In this document: positions 35,754 through 64,000 of the stretch, in pieces
How positions within the stretch are numbered: the first letter of the stretch is position 1
How the letters are laid out: the number at the start of each line of letters is the position of its first letter
Assembly: GCF_009914755.1 (NCBI RefSeq)
Contig: NC_060930.1
Source: the human T2T-CHM13v2.0 reference genome, Homo sapiens
DNA length: 64,000 nt
Strand: one strand, 5' to 3'
Notes under the pieces: model-generated
What the model was told of the DNA's origin: nothing
The model's database searches: none
Seen by the model: only the letters and a program-made list of their open reading frames with translations
Position numbers and translations under genes: made by a program

Positions 35754-36924
35754 TCATAGCAACTGACATATTTGGAGAAAAAGAAGGGGTAGATAATTAC
35801 TCTTGACAGGTCATGACAGATACGATCTCTATCTTACCACCAAGTTTCAAGACCTACCCTAGACTTGTTTCAGTATGGTTGCTGGTCTTTAGGTCCCATT
35901 TTAACTTCAAATATGGCTGTGTCCCCTCTTAGCTTAAGTTAATTCGTGGTACTAAAAAATTCACAAGGTTAAGATGAAAGCAAGCGGTGAAAGTTCAGAA
36001 TGGAGTTAGACAAAACAGTAACTGATCAATTACCCTCATAGTATGCCAACCTCAGCCACACATAATACTATTATTATAAATAGCTTTCATTAATAATGTT
36101 TTATTACAGTTTTTATTTCTTACCCATTAAACAAGTTTTTTCCATCTTCTTCCATATTATTCCACAGTCATTGGTTAGGTTTCCTCTTCTCTATTACCTA
36201 CAAGTGGGAAACAATCTGTAAGATTGGGCTAATACATGGCAAGAAAAAAGCAATTTCATTAATTGTAATACAAATTCAAAAAAGGACCAGTAAATTACAA
36301 TGCATTAAACTCCCTACAAGTCCTTAAAACTGATGTAAGAGTAAAAAAAAAACTGTGATCTTTCTTTTCAGCTAAGAGTAACCAAAGAGTCAGTCACTTA
36401 TGGGTAGACTGATCTACAAATGGAAGTATTAAAGGTTTACTTCCTGAAAAAAAGCACTTCTGCATTTGTTTTAGGTCTTAAAAATTACACATTATATTTG
36501 CATACAATCTGAAACTCAGGAAAAAACACACAAATTCATGGTAACAAAAATACTCGAATATCAAAAGCTAAAATTATTTTTGCGTAAGCAAAATATATAA
36601 CAAGATGGCATGAGGTGGTGACTCTTTTGTGCTAAGTGGGTTTATGACCTATATGTAAGCGGCATGCTTCTTTAAAAGCGGTATATATTCTGTACACAAG
36701 GACAATATATTAGCCAAAGACATCTAGAGTTTATGATTTTGACAAATTATATGTATAAGCATGTTTAAGGTTTCTGACACATTATCAGGAAGTAGGACTC
36801 AGTATTAAGCTTGAGATCGGCAAGCTGGGCCACCACTGTAAGAGGAAAGAAAATTCTCTATTGTGTCATCCTAACAGCTAACACAGAGTTCCTCTTCGAA
36901 GAAACTTTAAGAAAATATGTTCCC

Positions 36925-37160
36925 GGCCGGGCGTCCGCCGCCCCATCTGGGAAGTAAGGAGCCCCTCTGCCTGGCCGCCGCCCCGTCTGGGAAGTGAGGA
37001 GTGCCTCTGCGCGACTGCTGTGCAACCATCCAAGTATGAAGTGACAGCCTTGTGTGTTATCTTTCTGTCCTCCCCAAGTTTGCATTTTCGACATTAAAGT
37101 TTACTTTTTAATTAAAAGTTTTAAATTGGAGTACATATATATATATAAAAAGAAAGAAAG
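36925..37160 (+). mobile_element. SVA2-like non-autonomous retroposon (5'-truncated VNTR plus non-SINE-R 3' tail)
   Basis: Two SVA VNTR units (ccgcccc(a/g)tctgggaagt(a/g)aggag..cctctgc), then gctgtgcaacc...gaagtgacagccttgtgtg...tttgcattttcgacattaaagtttac instead of SINE-R; A-rich tail; TSD aagaaaatatgttccc(ggcc). Confidence 0.8.
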
Positions 37161-37176
37161 AAGAAAATATGTTCCC

Positions 37177-37480
37177 GGCCAGGCACGGTGGCTCACATCT
37201 GTAATCCCAGCACTTTGGGAGGCCGAGACGGGCGGATCATGAGGTCAGGAGATCGAGACAATCCAGGCTAACATGGTGAAACCCCATCTCTACTAAAAAT
37301 ACAAAAAAAAAAAAAAATAGCAGGGTGTGGTGGCAGGCGCCTGTAGTCCCAGCTACTCAGGAGGCTGAGGCAGGAGAATGGCGTGAACCCGGGAGACGGA
37401 GCTTGCAGTGAGCCAAGATCGCGCCACTGCACTTCAGCCTGGGCGACAGAGAGAGACTCCACCTCAAAAAAAAAAAAAAA
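37177..37480 (+). mobile_element. AluY
   Basis: gagatcgagac, atggcgtgaacccggg, gagcttgcagtgagc; TSD aagaaaatatgttccc. Confidence 0.9.
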
Positions 37481-38689
37481 GAAAATATGTTCCCATAATA
37501 TGGGCTCCCATCACTCATGTCCAGTCCCCTTGGAGTAGGTGGTTTGCTGCAGAATGGCTGGCTGTCAAGATCCTAGAACGGTTGTCAAGAAAGGGAAATT
37601 GCTCTGCATTAGACAGGGAAGAATTTGGTTTTATATCGCTGAAAGGAATGGGGAGAAGAATGAGGAGGAGAGGGAAAGAAAAAGAAGAAAAGAGTTAGTA
37701 TAATGGAGCAGAGCTGGGATTAGGTGGGGGTGAAGCTCTTGGGTCAAGGGAGGTCAGAAAACACTTTCAGAACAGGAATGTTTTAGTAGGGAAGTTGTTT
37801 GCATTAATGCAAAGGCTCACTCCACCTCTATTTTGCCCCTTTCTTCAGGTAGGTACACAAAATCTGCAAATGCCCTGTGTGAATAGGGCCTTTCTGAAAA
37901 TCAGAGGGAGCCAAGTTTCACATGTGGGTGCACTATGGTGCAAATCAGTGGCACGAGGCCAGAAAGTAGGTCCCAGGAGGCAGAAGAGGTTACAAGATCA
38001 TGAAACCTAGCAAAAACACAAATATTTTTAGGGAGAGCTTACAACTTCTAGTTCTAGGTTCGGGGATCTGAGGCAACCGTATCCATGAAAAGCTAAGCTG
38101 ACACTTTATGGACAGGGGTTTCACATCCACAAAATGTCCCCCAAATGACCCTACTTTCAACATAAGAACACCAAAAAATTTAAAGTTAACTTAATTACAT
38201 TTAAATCCAAGTTATTCTAATTAATTTGGGATGCTCCCCAAAAGCTGACTGTAATAATCAGTCCTACACTAAGCAGCACCTAGGACACGTATGTAACCAT
38301 ATGGAGTTTAGGCTTAAAGCCCTAGGAAAGTTATATTAATAAATGTGAAGGGTAACAACTTCAATAATTACGATGGTGATCTTGAAAACTGGGAAATTAT
38401 AATAAATCAGCTCAATGCTGAAAACTATTAATAAGATTCTATACATTCAAATATTTTCTATCCAGGTCCCACTTATATCATTTACACTACTGCAATATAC
38501 TTTTAAATGGGTGGGAAGTGAAATTACAGATATATAAAACAAATCACTACAGTAGGAACTAACTAAAAATGTGGAAGACGTCCCTTTAAATGGTCATTAG
38601 AAAGGCAGTTCCCAAAGTCAGGAGGCCATATTCCAAGCTTACCTGTTACTGAAACATGCTGAACTCTCAGGGGCTGTCTGGCTCATGCA

Positions 38690-39225
38690 AGAAGAGCACA
38701 TGATGTGGAGTAACAGAGACCAGTCAACATCATGGTGTCCATTTATTACAAGACCTTCCTTAACTTCTCCGAGCCTGTTTTCTAATCTACTTCACAGCAC
38801 TGGTGTAGGGATTAAATGAGAACGCAAGTAAAACACCAGTGCACTGCCTGGCACATAGCTGATGATCAACAAAGGTTTAATTTCCTTCCTTTATCTACCT
38901 TTAGTTTAGAGCAATTTTCAGGGCTTGAAAAGGAGAAAATCCATTCTTGAAACCTTACCCAATTTACTCTTATTCTGCCAAACAATAACAATGATGATGA
39001 TGATGGTGATTGATTATGATGATAGCCAGCAACACTGATAACAGTGTTTAATGTGTGCCAGAAATGCAGTTAAATGCTGTTACATATATTAACAAATTCA
39101 ATCCTCACAACAGCTGTGAGGTAGATATTTTTTATTCCAATTTGACAGATGAGGAAACTGTGGCACACCTAAGTTCCACAGCTAGTTAAGTGGCAAGGCA
39201 AGGATTCAAACCCAGGTTTCTGCTC
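38690..39225. mobile_element. Two MIR relics (+ ~38690-38880, - ~39030-39225) with a (GAT)n tract between them
   Basis: gggattaaatgagaac...gcctggcacatag; aatcctcacaacagctgtgaggtag...acagatgaggaaactg...ggattcaaacccagg. Confidence 0.7.
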
Positions 39226-39240
39226 TTCGGAAATATACCA

Positions 39241-45950
<6,710 letters not shown>

Positions 45951-46439
45951 ATTCTTTTTATGCTGTATATAGTCTTAACATAAATAAAAACTAAATTCAA
46001 AAAGATTCTTGGAAAGGTTAAAATAAATGTTTTAAAATCACATCTAAAAATATGATTTTTCCAATCAAGATTTCTAAGGGGAAAAAGAAACTAAAGGAAA
46101 AAAAAGTCTAAGTTTCAAGGCAAAACAAAATCAAAGTATTTGGAAAACTCAAATAGTAGGCGTGGCTTTGTTTGAAAAACATTAAGGGCAGGAAATAATG
46201 TTTTTGCTCATAGATATTCAAAAGTCATAGTCATAAAACCAGCAAAGAGAAAAAGAAGAATGTTTAACATATTATGATGTCATTGGAGAAGGTTCATTAT
46301 ACTTTATGCTTCTGCATAAAGTATAGTTTTCCTTCCTTTTCAAACTTTGAGAAAATACACTATTCTCTTACAAAACATAATACATACCCAATAGTTCCTC
46401 CAGTTAAATAATAATAAAATAAAATACTATGTTCATTCT

Positions 46440-49110
<2,671 letters not shown>

Positions 49111-50074
49111 GGGGAGGAAAATAGACATGGGAATGAGGGCTGAACAGAAGGCCTTTGTACACCAAAGCTATACTGTAACCCAAATTATGGGAGTAGGAAG
49201 TCCAAATTCAGAATAATATTTTTCATTCATGCATACATTAATTTATTCCATAAAAACTTATTGAACACCTCTTAAGTGCCAAGAACTCTGCTTAAATAGA
49301 AACTTTTCTTATTTCTGCTGAAGATATTTTTTCAAGTCAGATATGTTTTAATTGGAAGTGGAAGGGAAAAATAATTTACAGTAGCATATAATATATACTA
49401 AAAAATGAGAAACCATCCTTAAAATAAATGTTTTACAAAACTTTTTTCATCAAATGGAAATGTACCTTGAAGTTCTTTAAATGACAAAGTTAAATGAAAA
49501 ATCAAAATACAAAAAGAACTCTGTAAGTCCTACATAAATTAGACAGCCACATCTCAATCCACAGATAAAACGTCTTGAAGTCTCATGGCTTTCAGTGGTG
49601 AAACAACTACTTTTTGGAGGATAAATTTTTTCTACTTTATTTGTTCTATGTAACGCCCTCCCTCTGCACCCAACAATACTTCAACTGCTCAGGAACACTT
49701 CTCACCAGATTTCTGTTTTCTAAAAGATTTCACAAGCACACTGCTGGCTGCCAACGTAGGTGTTGTAGTTAATATACTCATTATGCCATGCTGCTAACAA
49801 AAACTGATTAACGCATTCAGTGCAGAGTGACATGTCTATTCCATATTCCCTGGGCACAGAGAATAACATTTTCAAACAAACAAAAAAAATTACCCGTTCA
49901 CCCCTTTTTAGATGTCTCCTAATGAAAGGCCACAAATTCCAAATGTTAACTAGTATACATGATAATACTGGTAAAGGAAAATAATAGCAACCTGTAGTAG
50001 GACAACAGCTGCCTATAAGGCTCTAAAATTGCAGTACTTCAGTATCTCAGATTTAGATTACTGAGTGTCAGCGC

Positions 50075-55260
<5,186 letters not shown>

Positions 55261-55939
55261 TATATGGGGAAATTGGTATATCACTTAGGCACACATAAAG
55301 AGAAAATACTAAAAAATTAGTGAGGGTATAAACAGATTTTGCTTATGGATATTTGCACTGAAATCTGAAATCAGAAAAAATCCATTTTTCTTCAAACAGC
55401 AATAATCTTTCAACTATAAATGTGTCATAGTATATAACAAGTCCAGGGCAGTTTTCTAGCTAAAAAGGTGGATGGGGAATCTGCAATGCAATAAGGCATT
55501 TTTTACTGGTTTGGGTTTGTTTTGTAAATACAATTTTGGAATGAAAAAATAGAAGCATGCAACAACCTTGATGTAATCTTTACATTATACATAATCGTTA
55601 CGGTGTTTACCCCAGGTTCCTCATCTAGAAAGGAACTGGATAAAAGGTTAGTAACAGGACTACAGGGATAATTTTTAAAGATTGGCAAACAAGACTTGTT
55701 AAGTGTTGAATCTGAAGAAGAACTTGGTGAGGGAGAACTTCACAACAGGCAAGCCAGAGGCAAAACCAGAGCACAGACTCTGCTGGCAAAATGCAAAGGC
55801 TGGAATCCCATCCCACCACTTGGTAGAATTCTAGCTTTTGAACTAAAATAAAGATTAAATGTATCACTGGGTTACAAAACATAGTATTATTTGTAATATA
55901 AGATAATTACCAAATAAATAGTTGTAGGAATGTCTGAGT

Positions 55940-56115
55940 ATAACCTTGGGCAAATCATTTAATCTCAAGGACCCTCTATTTCATCACCTGTAAAATGAGA
56001 ATAGTAATAGTACCTACCTCACAGGATTGCCATTGAGGAGTAAACAAGTTACAATTTGCAGTGCTTACAGAAGTATCTGGCACAAAAGCATTATATGTGT
56101 GTTGGCTACTATTAT
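55940..56115 (+). mobile_element. MIR
   Basis: taaccttgggcaaatcatttaatctc...catcacctgtaaaatgagaatagtaatagtacctacctcacaggattg. Confidence 0.85.
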
Positions 56116-58399
56116 TAAGTTTATGAAGAACTAAGGTCTTATAAATACAAAAGTACACAGGTATTTTTTACTCAAAAATTGAGAATGGGGCAAGAGGAAA
56201 CAAACACATATATAGCATTAAACATGTGCTGGTTGGAGAGAAGGCAGACTCTCCTGATAGAGAAATTATTAAATGCTTGCAAAGATTATCTACAGAGGTT
56301 ACCACATTACTGCTGAAGATTTGTTTTAAAAAATAGGATAAATTTTTATCTACCTGGAATGATTTAAGTGGGATATTGACTGGAGTTGCAGGATAAACTA
56401 GAGGTCCTTTCAAGGTCTCTTCCCATCCAAAGAATCTACGGTTAACCAGGAAAACATTTAATTATGTACAGCCTAATAAATCTAAAAATATAAACTTAAA
56501 AGCTTTTGCTTAGCAAATAAGATTATAACCAAAATAAAGTTAAATTGGGTAGAACTGTACTTGATGAACAAATGAAAATAAAGCTTAAATTTATCATTGG
56601 AGTCCTTATTGATAAATAGTATTATCTCAATTTTTAAAAATCCATTTTCAGTTTTAGAAATAGCGACTGAGAAATAACCATTGACAATGAGACTCAGTGG
56701 TTTAGCACACTAAGGCCGTTGCATACAGAAACAAAAGGCAGGACTCACTCTTTCCCTTGGCTGATCTTACAGTTTATATTTCCTTCTTTACCAATATCAA
56801 ATAAGTCTATAATCACTTATATAAAGATATTGAGCATTAAACAATTACAATTACATTATAAACATGGCAATACCATACAGAGTACGTCCTACTACTAACG
56901 CCAGCCCAAACACATCTATAAAAAGAATATGCACACACATCTCACTGAAACAAGTGCCTCATATCAAAGTTATTCTTCATCTTGAAAGTCAACATTATCA
57001 AACTAATCCTTTTAAAATGTAGTGGCAAAAATAGTAATTTTTACCAAGATCCTCTGTTAAATTGCTAAATACATCTAGTAACCTTGAACACTTGCTTAAT
57101 ACAATCCAGGAAACAAACCATAAACTAAATACTATGCCACTAACACAGTAGCTGAATGCAGAAAGAGTTTTCTAAATTATACATTAACCATTGTTGCTCA
57201 AATCCACAAATCAAAATCTAATCTTTGTTAACTACTACAAAAGTCATAAACCTAATCTTTGTTATTTATACAAACACCAGCAAAAGTGTCAATCCAAAAT
57301 TTACCCAACTTTGAAAAAAAAAGTATCTTTGTGCATCTGAGTGTACACAATGAAATAACCCCAAAGAAGATTCTCAACAATTGTTTGAATTTTTCCCTAA
57401 GTAAATCATATGCTATCCTTTGGCACCATCAAATGCAAAACAAATATTCATTCATATTCTTAGCTAAATGTAAAAGCTTCTGAAAAAAATCATTAAAACA
57501 AAATTCTAAGTAAGAATAACCAAATTTTGCCCCAAATTTCTTATCTTCCTTTTCATTTCTAAAGGTGTCTTAAAAATCAAAAGCTTCTAGAAAATTAGTA
57601 TTAATCTGGCCTTCTTTATTCATAACCATAAAACACGAAAGGCAGTGGAGCTGTCCAAAGACCAAGCTTGCTGCAGTATTATCTTACAGAGATGTTTTTC
57701 CATCAAAATTACTCATAAATTTATTTGCCCTAAAAAATAAGTCTGCTACTCTAAAATCCTCCACTACTCTACAATTCTCCCTTTCTTTATGCCATTTTGT
57801 TAAATGGGTGAGTTACCAACTACAGCATGAAACGTCCCGCACAAAGCTAAAGGCAGCTCAGGAACTCAAAGCCCTCAGCTCTGATTTAATCTCTCCCCCA
57901 GTAAACTTCCTTGGTTGGTTATCTGCCTTTCTCTGAAATGATTTCTTAACATTCTCCAGCAACTGAAAACAATAAGCAGAAATCTGGTTGATTAATCAAA
58001 AGAAACAGATTCTCATCTTTCTCTATCCCAACAACAGTGCGTTCTCCATTGAAAATGAAAATGCTGTCCATAAAACACAGCCCAGCACTTGTCAGGTGCA
58101 ACACTCCTACAACACTAAAACTATCACATCACACGAGTACACCCTAAATAAGCACACCCTTTCCCCGAATTATCACAACACTAGTGAAATGCAGAGGTTT
58201 TCAACACCCAGAGTTTATACTTTATCATCCATACAAGAAAAAAATCAAATCAAAATGAGTCTCATTTCTTCAAAGTGGACAGGAAAGTCAAATCAAAAGC
58301 AATGAAGGGTGGAAGCAGATTCAAGATTTCTTGAGAGAAAGAGGTTTCTGGAATTTCCTACTTTTAGGGACAAAAGGATTCACAGTTTCAACACACAGT

Positions 58400-59545
58400 T
58401 CTCTCCTCAACAAAGAATTCCTTTCCTGCACCCCCCACCTCTGCCCTTACTTTTTAGTCTTTACCCCTGTCTCTAGGTCCCCTTTCACTCACCATGGTTC
58501 CTCGTCTTCTGCACCAAAGGCTCTCTTACACTTGATCTTTCACTACAGCATTTCTGCCCTGACCCTTGCAGACCTTCTGGAGCAACTCCCCATAACACGC
58601 ACATTCGATTCCCACCCCCCTGCAGTCTACCCCAGTTCTACATCCATCAGGACTCCCCCAGCTTCTCTTAGCCCCCTCTCTTCCCTTACTCCCCATCTCA
58701 TCCTTTAAATTCTGGGGCCCATCTCTTCCTGCTCCTCTCACCATTTGCTTTTAGCCCTGTCTCTTTACCTCACTGTTTTCACCTTGGATCTTGCTGAACC
58801 TCTTCAATTAACGTAATTACCCAGTTATCCTTGTCCCAGATGGCCATCACTTCTTACACCCTAACTCTAGTCTCCTTTCAGCTCTTCTGGTCCCAGAATC
58901 GTCCTACAGACACCCATCTCTTATCTGTTTCCTTTCGCCCTTCCACCACACTCTTATTCCTGACTCCACCTGGTTCCAGTCCAGGTCTCATTTGCCCTCC
59001 CTCACTTTACAGAATTTACATCCATCGCCCACCCACTAACCCATTCCTTTCTCAGAACCTCGCCAGCAGTTCCCACCACACCGTTGGTCCCAGTCCTTCA
59101 GCTCATCTCGCTCCGCACTAGTTCACACCCTCGTCACGTCTGGCTCTTAATCACTCTCTCTTTCCTACTCCCAACTATTACCCCAGCTCTGCCCCTCCTT
59201 GTCTTCCACTTCCAACACTTACCCCGGTACCCCTCACCCCAACACCACCCGCTACGAAGATTTCCCCTTCAAACCCCTGCTCTTACACCTAACCCCAGGA
59301 TCCCTTTCCCCAGCCCTAACCTCATTCCCTGCCCGGCTTCCTTAACGCCCACCCTGGCTTTTGCCTCCTTCCTATCTCCTTGGCTGGCTTTTTCTCACTC
59401 CTCCTCTCCCTGGCTTCTAACCCTTTCTCCCCTTAATCCTCCTCATCTCATTCTCAACCCGGTTCCCCTCATCGCCTCCAAGCCTTCCTTTCCCTCTCCC
59501 TTCAACGCTTTTGCCCCAACCCAGCCGTCGCCCACCCCGCCAAAA
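58400..59545. repeat. C/T-rich low-complexity tract (G/A-rich on the transcribed minus strand)
   Basis: Over 1 kb with very few G on the plus strand and many CCC/CT runs. Confidence 0.8.
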
Positions 59546-59689
59546 TAAGGCGCCCGCGCGCCCCGACTCCCGGCTCTCGCCTCCCGCCGCCCCCGCCCCG
59601 GGCGCCCCCAGCCCGCCGGCGCCGCGGTCCCGCCCCCTGCCGCCGCTCCTCCCGCCCGCGAGGCGCGCGCTGCCTTTGTCGCCCCTCAC

Positions 59690-59900
59690 CCGGTGTGTGA
59701 GGATTTTGCTTCTTTAAAGGGGAGGGCTAGTGAGCCGGAGACTCCTATCCCCGCCTCCGAGTCTTAGAATGGGCTCCCTGGCCGTCGCGGCCTCCCCGGC
59801 CCCCGTTCCCCCTACCCCCTGGAGCTACCCACTTTGCTGCCTCCCCACCTCCTCCGTCCCCTCCCCCGGCCCCCTCTATTTACCGCCATCATCAGCACGC
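59690..59900 (-). other. Putative first (5'UTR) exon of an unidentified minus-strand gene; TSS estimated ~59890-59930
   Basis: Consensus donor CGG|GTGAGG on minus (intron starts at 59689) just downstream of the GC-box/CCAAT cluster. A G-rich non-template strand follows, and most intronic L1s are antisense to this orientation. The TSS position is inferred. Confidence 0.7.
59812..59892 (-). CDS. Candidate upstream ORF, 26 aa (MMAVNRGGRGRGRRRWGGSKVGSSRG)
   Basis: Tandem ATGATG; the second ATG has A at -3 and G at +4. TAG stop at 59812-59814 lies inside the putative exon 1. Exists only if the TSS is upstream of 59892. Confidence 0.35.
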   Translation of the reverse strand: MMAVNRGGRGRGRRRWGGSKVGSSRG

Positions 59901-61412
59901 GCGAGCTGTCACCAGGGCGCGAGACAACCGAACACGGCCCCGCCCCCTGCCCGTCTATTGGCCCGCCCGCTGGAGCCCCGCCCCTCAGGCCCTGCATTGC
60001 GCCAACGGCGCAGCGCTGGGCCGCGACCCCGGCACCGGCACCCGTTCCGAGGGTTCGCGCCGCAGGCGCAAAGTTTAGGGTCAGCCACAAACGCGCGGCC
60101 GCTTTGAGCCTGGCGTAAGGGGCGGCGGCGTAGGGGGACGTTGTGAATAGCTGGTCGAAGTTTGGTTGAAGCACAGGAGGGTAAATAAGAAGGTTTCCAG
60201 ACAAAGAGACTCTTAAAGGTACAGACTCTTATGTCTGTCCCTCCTCCTTAAAGGGCCAGAGACGCTCCCGAGCCCATCTCCGCCCCCTTCTTCCCGGGGA
60301 ACTGTAAAGGTATTTTACATGAGTTTCCCATACTCTTTTCGGTTCACCTTTAACACCTCTCCCCACTGCGAAGGACAAAGGCTTTCTCACTATCCCGTCC
60401 GTATGTTTTGTTTTATTCTGTTAAAAGACGTTATTTCTGTGTTGTTCCTAAAGCAGCAGCCCTCAAACCGTGGGGTTTCCGGAGGCAGCGTTTGCAAAAG
60501 TTACTATTGGCTCCCAGGCGGGTGAGCACGTGTCTGGCTTTTGCCACAGATGACCCAAGAGAGATTCAGCTGTTTTATGGAAATCCCCCACAAGTTAGAG
60601 GATCGCTGCCGGAACTGAAGAAGTTCAGCAGATTGTAAGGCTTGGGAAATAAACCAGACTGACTTGGTAGTGGTCCATTGGGAAACAGAACAGCACCTAA
60701 GCTACAAAAGGCTTAGGTTAAGCAGTCTCCTAGGTGCACTGTCTTGAAACTACTTGCGGGGTGGTAGTGGGGGGAGGGGATGGGAGTCTCCCAAAATAAG
60801 ATCAACAATTTCAACACCCAACACATAGCTAAGGCAGATAAAGACTTACATTTAAATATAAGGACAAGTAAAAGAAACAGACATTAGCTATAGTAGTGGC
60901 TCAAGTTACACACCTGTAAACAGGAGAACTAGGTAAGCACAAAAAAAAAAAAAAGAACACCACACACAATAGGAAGGGGGAAACTACAATGCCTGGACCA
61001 AGCGCTGTGTAGGCAATTTATTAACAACTTGCACTTTTAAAAGAGGTTTGATAGAAGGAGAGGAAGTGGAGTGTTTCAATTTGGTTTGGTCGGGATTTAT
61101 CATGAGGTTCAAGGCCTCAGAGTTAGATTCAGAATTTAGCTCTCCCTTTGTCGTCCATCACAGTTAACATAATTCTTTTTAAGGAATTCTTAACATTATA
61201 ACTCTAATTATATGTCTTATTCCCTTACTCAACAATCCCCAAGAAAATTCTTGGAGAAGAAAGATTGTTACTTATTCAATGTTAGTTCCATAACAAGGTG
61301 CTTTTGCTGAGTGAAGAATTTGGGAGCCACTTAAAACTTCCAATGGAAGGGATGCTCCCAGAATAGCAATACAGGAGGAAAAGTTTCTCAGTGATGTGAG
61401 CATGTATTAGAT

Positions 61413-64000
<2,588 letters not shown>

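Larger units (their letters stand above)
59520..60530. promoter_or_regulatory. CpG island / promoter of a minus-strand gene (possibly bidirectional)
   Basis: Abrupt rise in GC and CpG density against a CpG-depleted background. GC boxes at ~59937-59947, 59961-59968 and 59975-59984; ATTGG (CCAAT on minus) at 59957-59961; YY1-like GATGGCGG on minus at ~59883-59890. No Alu between ~55260 and 61438. Confidence 0.9.

Noticed and set aside
59690-59900. Assigning a gene symbol to the promoter and first exon
   Set aside because: I do not reliably recognise the sequence and no coding exon is in the window; a BLAT search would settle it.
58331-60204. Pro/Leu/Ser- or Gly/Arg-rich ORFs of 90-154 aa around the CpG island
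   Set aside because: Expected by chance in stop-poor, skewed or GC-rich DNA; mostly non-ATG starts and no recognisable domain. Only the ATG-initiated 26-aa uORF was kept.

Overview
This is primate (very probably human) genomic DNA, not a microbial locus. About 59.7 kb (1-59689) looks like the 5' intronic region of a minus-strand gene. Its CpG-island promoter and apparently non-coding first exon lie at ~59520-60530, with GC boxes, a CCAAT box and a splice donor CGG|GTGAGG at 59690/59689. I could not identify the gene and found no convincing protein-coding exon. Nearly all ORFs in the supplied track are Alu, L1 or low-complexity artefacts. The intron is dense in repeats: roughly 70 Alu copies or fragments by eye, several L1s (mostly antisense to the host gene), a HAL1-like element, L2/MIR relics, and DNA transposons (MULE/Ricksha-like, hAT-Charlie, MER44/Tigger). 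I do not see a new multi-gene system. The most notable items are: (1) a rare SVA2-like retroposon stacked on an AluY at the same target site, giving three copies of one TSD; (2) a Mutator-family fossil with both TIRs, a plausible 9-bp TSD and a reconstructable transposase C-terminus; (3) a first exon carrying a strong-Kozak RG-rich uORF that overlaps two G-quadruplex motifs; (4) several candidate cryptic or recursive splice signals. Repeat subfamily names come from recalled consensus motifs, and their coordinates are approximate.
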